Source: Macrostomum lignano (taxonomy: Eukaryota). From it: a DNA stretch of 64,000 nt. The DNA lies in NCBI GenBank assembly GCA_002269645.1, contig NIVC01000989.1, positions 310,001-374,000 on the forward strand, given 5' to 3'. The position numbers were made by a program, and so were the translations under genes. Positions 58,001 through 64,000 of this stretch are shown here, piece by piece (within the stretch, counting starts at the first letter, position 1; each line of letters opens with the position of its first letter). The notes under the pieces are model-generated. The model was not told where the DNA came from and did no database searches. It saw nothing but the letters and a program-made list of their open reading frames with translations.

Positions 58001-61000
58001 CATTGAAGAGCCACAATGTCGAACATAAAAGAGCCACCATGTCGAACATAAAAGAGTTACCATGTCAAACATTAAAGAGCCACCATGTCAAACATTAAAG
58101 AGCCACCATGTCAAACATTAAACAGCCAACATTTCGAAAATTAAAGAGCCACCATGTCAAACATTAAAGAGCCACCATGTCAAACATAAAACAGAGCCAC
58201 AATTTCGACAATTAAAGAGCCACCATGTCAAACATTAAAGAGCCACCATGTCGAACATTAAAGAGCCACCATGTCAAACATAAAACAGCCACCATTTCAA
58301 AAATTAAAGAGCCACCATTTCAAACATTAAAGAGCCACCATGTCAAACATTAAAGAGCCACCATGTCGAACATTAAAGAGCCACCATGTCAAACATTAAA
58401 GAGCCACCTTATCAAACATTAAAGAGCCACCATGTAAAACATTAAAGAGCAACCATGTCGAACATAAAAGAGGTACCATGTCAAACATTAAAGACCCACC
58501 AGGTCAAATATGAAAGTGCCATTATATCAAATATTAAAAAGCCACCATGTCAAGCATTAAAGAGCCACCAGGTCAAACATGAAAGTGCCACCATGTAAAA
58601 CATTAAAGAGCCACCATGTCAAAAATTAAAGGGCCACCAGGTCAAACATATACATGACTCCATGTCAAACATTGAAGAGCCACAATGTCGAACATAAAAG
58701 GGCCACCATGTCAAATACTAAAGAGTCACCATGTCAAACATTAAAGAGCCAACAGGTCAAACATAAAAGTGCCACCATGTAAAACATTAAAGAGCCACCA
58801 TGTCGAACATTTAAGAACCACCATGTCAAACATAAAATAGCCACCATGTGAAACATATATGTGACTCCATGTAAAACATTAAAGAGCTACCATATCAGAC
58901 ATATACATGACTCCATGTCAAACATATACGTGACTCCATGTTAGACATTAAAGAGTCACCATGTCGAACATTAAAGAGCCAACATGTGAAAAATACAAGA
59001 GCCACCATGTCAAACATATACATGACTCCATGTCAAACATTGAAGAGACACCATGTCGAACATAAAAGAGCCACTATGCAAAACATAAAAGAGCCACCAT
59101 GTCTAACACTAAAGAGCCACCATGTCAAAAATAAAAGAGCCACCATGTCAAATATTAAAGAGCCACCATGTCAAGCATTAAAGAGCCACCAGGTCAAACA
59201 TGAAAGTGCCACCATGTAAAACATTAAAGAGCCACCATGTCAAACATATACGTAACTCCATGTCAAACATTGAAGAGACCCCATGTCGAACATTAAAGAG
59301 CCACAATGTCGAACATAAAAGAGCCACCATGTAAAACATATACGTAACTTCATGTCAAACATTGAAGCGACACCATGTCGAACATAAAAGAGCCACCATG
59401 TCGAACATTAAAGAGCCACCATGTAGAACATAAAAGAGCTACCATGTCAAACATTAAAGAGCCACCATGTCAAACATAGAAGAGCCACCATGTCAGACAT
59501 TAAAAAGCCACCGTATCAAACATAAAAGAGTTACCGTGTAGAACAAAAAACAGCCACCATGTCGAACATAAAAGAGCCACCATGTAGAATATTAAAGAGA
59601 CACCATTTCAAACAGTAAAGAGCCACCATGTCAAACATTTAAGAGCCACCATGTCAAACATTAAAAAGCCACTTTGTCGAACATTAAAGAGCCACCGTGT
59701 CAAACATAGAAGAGCCACCATGTAAAACATTAAAGAGCCACAATTTGAACAATAAAGAGCCACCATGTCGAACATTAAAGAGCCACCATGTCGAACATTA
59801 AAGAGCCACCATTTCAAACAGTAAAGAGCCACCATGTCAAACAGTAAAGAGCCACCATGTCAAACATAAAAGAGCCACCATGTCAACATAAAAGAGCCAC
59901 CATGTCAAAAATTAAAGAGCCACCATGTAAAACATATACGTAACTTCATGTCAAACATTGAAGCGACACCATGTCGAACATAAAAGAGCCACCATGTCGA
60001 ACATAAAGGAGTTACCATGTCAAACATTAAAGAGCCACCATGTCAAACATAAAACAGAGCCACAATTTCGACAATTAAAGAGCCACCATGTCAAACATTA
60101 AAGAGCCACCATGTCGAACATTAAAGAGCCACCATGTCAAACATAAAACAGCCACCATTTCAAAAATTAAAGAGCCACCATTTCAAACATTAAAGAGCCA
60201 CCATGTCAAACATTAAAGAGCCACCATGTCGAACATTAAAGAGCCACCATGTCAAACATTAAAGAGCCACCTTATCAAACATTAAAGAGCCACCATGTAA
60301 AACATTAAAGAGCCACCATGTCGAACATAAAAGAGGTACCATGTCAAACATTAAAGACCCACCAGGTCAAATATGAAAGTGCCATTATATCAAATATTAA
60401 AAAGCCACCATGTCAAGCATTAAAGAGCCACCAGGTCAAACATGAAAGTGCCACCATGTAAAACATTAAAGAGCCACCATGTCAAAAATTAAAGGGCCAC
60501 CAGGTCAAACATATACATGACTCCATGTCAAACATTGAAGAGCCACAATGTCGAACATAAAAGGGCCACCATGTCAAATACTAAAGAGTCACCATGTCAA
60601 ACATTAAAGAGCCAACAGGTCAAACATAAAAGTGCCACCATGTAAAACATTAAAGAGCCACCATGTCGAACATTTAAGAACCACCATGTCAAACATAAAA
60701 TAGCCACCATGTGAAACATATATGTGACTCCATGTAAAACATTAAAGAGCTACCATATCAGACATATACATGACTCCATGTCAAACATATACGTGACTCC
60801 ATGTTAGACATTAAAGAGTCACCATGTCGAACATTAAAGAGCCAACATGTGAAAAATACAAGAGCCACCATGTCAAACATATACATGACTCTATGTCAAA
60901 CATTGAAGAGACACCATGTCGAACATAAAAGAGCCACTATGCAAAACATAAAAGAGCCACCATGTCTAACACTAAAGAGCCACCATGTCAAAAATAAAAG

Positions 61001-62958
61001 AGCCACCATGTCAAATATTAAAGAGCCACCATGTCAAGCATTAAAGAGCCACCAGGTCAAACATGAAAGTGCCACCATGTAAAACATTAAAGAGCCACCA
61101 TGTCAAACATATACGTAACTCCATGTCAAACATTGAAGAGACCCCATGTCGAACATTAAAGAGCCACAATGTCGAACATAAAAGAGCCACCATGTAAAAC
61201 ATATACGTAACTTCATGTCAAACATTGAAGCGACACCATGTCGAACATAAAAGAGCCACCATGTCGAACATTAAAGAGCCACCATGTAGAACATAAAAGA
61301 GCTACCATGTCAAACATTAAAGAGCCACCATGTCAAACATAGAAGAGCCACCATGTCAGACATTAAAAAGCCACCGTATCAAACATAAAAGAGTTACCGT
61401 GTAGAACAAAAAACAGCCACCATGTCGAACATAAAAGAGCCACCATGTAGAATATTAAAGAGACACCATTTCAAACAGTAAAGAGCCACCATGTCAAACA
61501 TTTAAGAGCCACCATGTCAAACATTAAAAAGCCACTTTGTCGAACATTAAAGAGCCACCGTGTCAAACATAGAAGAGCCACCATGTAAAACATTAAAGAG
61601 CCACAATTTGAACAATAAAGAGCCACCATGTCGAACATTAAAGAGCCACCATGTCGAACATTAAAGAGCCACCATTTCAAACAGTAAAGAGCCACCATGT
61701 CAAACAGTAAAGAGCCACCATGTCAAACATAAAAGAGCCACCATGTCAACATAAAAGAGCCACCATGTCAAAAATTAAAGAGCCACCATGTCAAACATAA
61801 AAGATACACAATTTCAAACGTAAAAGTAAGCGAATTTTAAAGGAGCCGCTATAATGCTAAGGAAATTGTCGCACTAGCTATTTATTGTCTGGTGGATGCT
61901 TGCTATTTGGGGATGCTATCTATGTGGGGGGATGCTTGCTCTCTGGAAGATGCTTGCTATCTGGGGGAAGCTTGCTATCTTGGGGATGCTTGCTATCTGG
62001 GGGATCCTTGCTATCTGGGGGTGCTTGCTATCTGGGGATGCTATCCTTCTGGGGGATGCGTGCTATCTGGGGGATGCTTGCTATCTTTGGGATGCTTGCT
62101 ATCTGGGGGATGCTTGCTATCCGGGGGATGCTTGCAATCTGGGGGATGCTTGCTATCTGGGGGATGCTTGCTGTCTTGGGATGATTTCTTTTTGCATTGC
62201 ACTTCATTTAAGTATTTTGTCTGTTTTCTTTTTCTTTTTGTTACTTGTAGAGAGCGGAGATTCTATACAGATGTCCCCCAACGGGGGGCGAAGATTGCTA
62301 GTATATCACTAAAATCTCATTATGAGATGTCACTAAAATTACACAAGCGCTAGATATTCCAGGGATAAAGATTTATATAATCGCTTTGCACTAATCATAG
62401 TCTGTGATAGCTACAATTTCCATAAGCATGCCTAACACGGGGAATTTTTGCTTGCTTGCAACTATTGCAATAGAAGAGTAAACAAACAGCTGACAGGTTA
62501 GTTGAATTTGTTTACTCTCTAATGATGGCTCCTTTAAGAGATTATGCAAGTAGCTTATTCAGCTATGCACTAACCATGACCAACTCTGCTTAACTTGCGA
62601 ATTTACCAGCCCAACTCCGTGGAATTACTGTAAATAGTTTAGATGAATAACCCTGATCTATAAATAGTTAAGACCATGCTTGGGCGCAACCTTGGGATTC
62701 ACCCGGCCGTTTCTATTGGCAACACACGCATGTAAGTCGCTATTGGCTGAGAGCAGTCACGTGACTACTGTTCTGTCCAATAGCGACTTACATGCGTGTG
62801 TTGCCAATAGAAACGGCCGAGTGAATCCCAAAGTTGCGCATGTATGGTTAAGACCAATAAAATATAAAAAAATTATTATTGAAATTACTTACCTCATCAG
62901 CAACCTCATAGTCACAGTTGGCCCCATCAAGTGTTTTAACAGTTATTGTAATAGTCAT
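42535..62958 (-). CDS. BAG6: BAG6 / Scythe / BAT3 (large proline-rich protein with N-terminal ubiquitin-like domain); complete, 7 exons
   Basis: Minus-strand exons 62958-62893, 48673-48173, 47865-47489, 46137-45591, 44692-44301, 43636-43520, 43372-42535 join in frame (2838 nt, 945 aa). UBL: MTITITVKTLDGANCDYEVADE-TTVGQFKAILAEAMRIPSEEQRLIFQGRVLQND...GKVVHLVRRMP. BAG6-like middle motif HALHNLSDL. C-terminus ELLAQIRRRVGQDSDFEANRFPS matches the BAG-similar domain (human DIQKRLQEDPNYSPQRFPN). Confidence 0.9.
43705..44295. repeat. 21-bp minisatellite (gaaaactgcaatctgagatat)n, BAG6 intron
   Basis: About 28 copies in intron 43637-44300. Confidence 0.97.
44925..45550. repeat. 16-bp minisatellite (catgacccacctaacc)n, BAG6 intron
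   Basis: About 38 copies in intron 44693-45590. Confidence 0.96.
46240..47455. repeat. 27-bp minisatellite (ctacaggtgattctaggaccctggatt)n, BAG6 intron
   Basis: About 45 copies with a gradient of variants in intron 46138-47488. Confidence 0.97.
47900..48135. repeat. 20-bp minisatellite (gaggcactctgaaggggtga)n, BAG6 intron
   Basis: About 11 copies in intron 47866-48172. Confidence 0.93.
48173..48673 (-). CDS. BAG6: BAG6 exon 2 (rest of UBL, Q/H tract)
   Basis: QRLIFQGRVLQND ubiquitin-like motif; GTGAGA donor. Confidence 0.93.
48705..48949. repeat. ~26-bp minisatellite (cactaaaatcttatcttgagatatgt)n, interrupted by the Helitron pair
   Basis: About 9 copies; the same array resumes at 62302-62340. 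Confidence 0.93.
49425..49506 (+). other. tRNA-derived Pol III-like cassette in Helitron copy 1
   Basis: A-box-like tagccaagatgc, anticodon-arm-like ctgga-CTGCTAA-tgtag, T-arm ctggg-TTCGAAT-cttag (B box), then a T8 run. No acceptor stem, so not a functional tRNA. Confidence 0.55.
49545..51230. repeat. 23-bp satellite (gagccaccatgtcaaacattaaa)n inside Helitron copy 1
   Basis: About 73 copies. Confidence 0.97.
51285..51850. repeat. 18-19-bp G-run minisatellite (gatgcttgctatctgggg)n inside Helitron copy 1
   Basis: About 28 copies before the 3' hairpin. Confidence 0.96.
52445..52525 (+). other. tRNA-derived Pol III-like cassette in Helitron copy 2
   Basis: Homologous segment tagccggatgc...ggttcgaatcttag followed by a T run. 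Confidence 0.55.
52550..61830. repeat. 23-bp satellite inside Helitron copy 2 with 1937-bp and 1863-bp higher-order repeats
   Basis: Identical variant blocks at 53430/55367/57304 and 55064/57001/58938 (1937-bp period), then 58938/60801 and 59608/61471 (1863-bp period). Confidence 0.97.
61893..62180. repeat. 18-19-bp G-run minisatellite inside Helitron copy 2
   Basis: About 15 copies of the same unit as 51285-51850. Confidence 0.95.
62684..62839. repeat. ~156-bp palindrome (foldback or MITE-like) in BAG6 intron 1
   Basis: Arms gcgcaaccttgggattcacccggccgtttctattggcaacacacgcatgtaagtcgctattgg and its near-perfect reverse complement; centre contains GTCACGTGAC (62756-62765). Confidence 0.85.
62893..62958 (-). 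CDS. BAG6: BAG6 first coding exon (UBL N-terminus)
   Basis: Not in the ORF track. 22 codons MTITITVKTLDGANCDYEVADE followed by a GTAAGT donor; phase 0 matches the ctgcag acceptor before 48673. Confidence 0.88.
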
Positions 62959-64000
62959 TTCAGGAATATGAACATAATAAAATATAAATATTAGCATCAG
63001 CACTCAATTATAGATATATTTAATTAATTATATGAACATTATATTCAAGAGGCCTGATAGAATAAGCCCCAATACACAAAGGTTGGAGTCAATTCGTCTC
63101 AAAACTTTATTTAGGCCATTTAATACAGTTTTGTTTCACCTTATCCGTTAATTCAAAATAAAATATATACACTTCAGTTAAAAGTAGAATAATTTGTGCA
63201 ACTTTTTAATTTCTCTATTTGTCTTAGTCAAATCACTTATCAATCAATGATTTTGCTTATTATAATTTCATTTTTTTCAATTTGCTATATCATTTTTTTC
63301 AAATTATTATGCATTAGAATTTTATGTTCACTAACCATTGCTTGATGATAATTTTAAATAAAAACAGTAAATGTATAGAAATTAAATATAGTAAAGTTAA
63401 ATGCAATCTTTTTATATAATAAATTTTCAATTCTAATTCATCAAAAATTACTTTGAAAATAACCTAGAATTCTCAAAAACATTTTATAAAAATACTAAGC
63501 TTTTATAAAAAAGAAAATATATAGTTTTACGGCTCGTACTTTCAATAATATGGATAAATCAATAATACTATAGGTAACTTTGCTTGCAATAATATCCAAT
63601 AAATTCCAACCTTTAAATACCATAATTAGGAAAATATTTTATACTAATTCATCTACAAATTCAATGGCTATTGAACAAAGATGACAAATATTTATGAATG
63701 TCAAAGTTTTTCAATAAGTATTTTCTATAATAAAAAGATAACAGTTTTTATTATCTCCATAGTCTGGAAAGTGGCCTCTATGCAGGAATTTTCTGGTGTA
63801 TTTTTTTCTCTCGTTGACAATCTTGGCACTTGGCATATAGAATTTTCAAGTTCAAAATGAAGTGTACATAGTCGGCATACAAAAAATAGCCAAGTTCAAG
63901 GCTAATGTAATCATGTAGTTTAATATCAACCAATGTTGAAAGCTCTAAAAATAATTGGAAACTAAAATAGAAAATATTAATGCAATCATGAGAAAGTCAA

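Larger units (their letters stand above)
51975..62301 (+). mobile_element. Non-autonomous Helitron, copy 2 (10.3 kb), head-to-tail with copy 1
   Basis: Begins TCCTATATACTAAAAA directly after the CTAG of copy 1, with a homologous ~600-bp 5' arm. Ends with hairpin gtccccc-aacg-ggggggc (62273-62289) and CTAG (62298-62301); host T follows at 62302. Confidence 0.88.

Noticed and set aside
51318-62353. Cys/Gly-rich GDACYL and MLAIWG ORFs, and KEPPC ORFs in the 23-bp array
   Set aside because: Translations of Helitron-internal arrays; no RepHel or other domain

Overview
Eukaryotic (animal) genomic DNA with three spliced protein-coding genes and a very high load of tandem repeats and transposons. 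The combination of intronic minisatellites and Q-rich inserts resembles a free-living flatworm such as Macrostomum, but this is inference only. (1) + strand: the 3' two-thirds of neurofibromin (NF1), 19 phase-consistent exons from 243 to the stop at 30602, covering the RasGAP, Sec14-PH and HEAT-like C-terminal regions. (2) Nested on the same strand in a 9.8-kb NF1 intron: a complete six-exon, highly divergent AGC/PKA-like kinase or pseudokinase gene (20775-26286, 518 aa). (3) - strand: a complete seven-exon BAG6/Scythe gene (62958-42535, 945 aa). Its 14.2-kb first intron is almost entirely a head-to-tail pair of non-autonomous Helitrons (48950-51974 and 51975-62301) inserted at an A|T site. 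Each Helitron carries a tRNA-like Pol III cassette and two minisatellite arrays, one expanded into about 1.9-kb higher-order repeats. Most larger introns hold their own distinct minisatellite. Also present: a mariner deletion derivative with about 198-bp inverted ends, two MITEs with exact 8-bp TSDs, a palindrome centred on GTCACGTGAC, and degenerate transposase remnants. Most ORFs in the supplied track are repeat artefacts.
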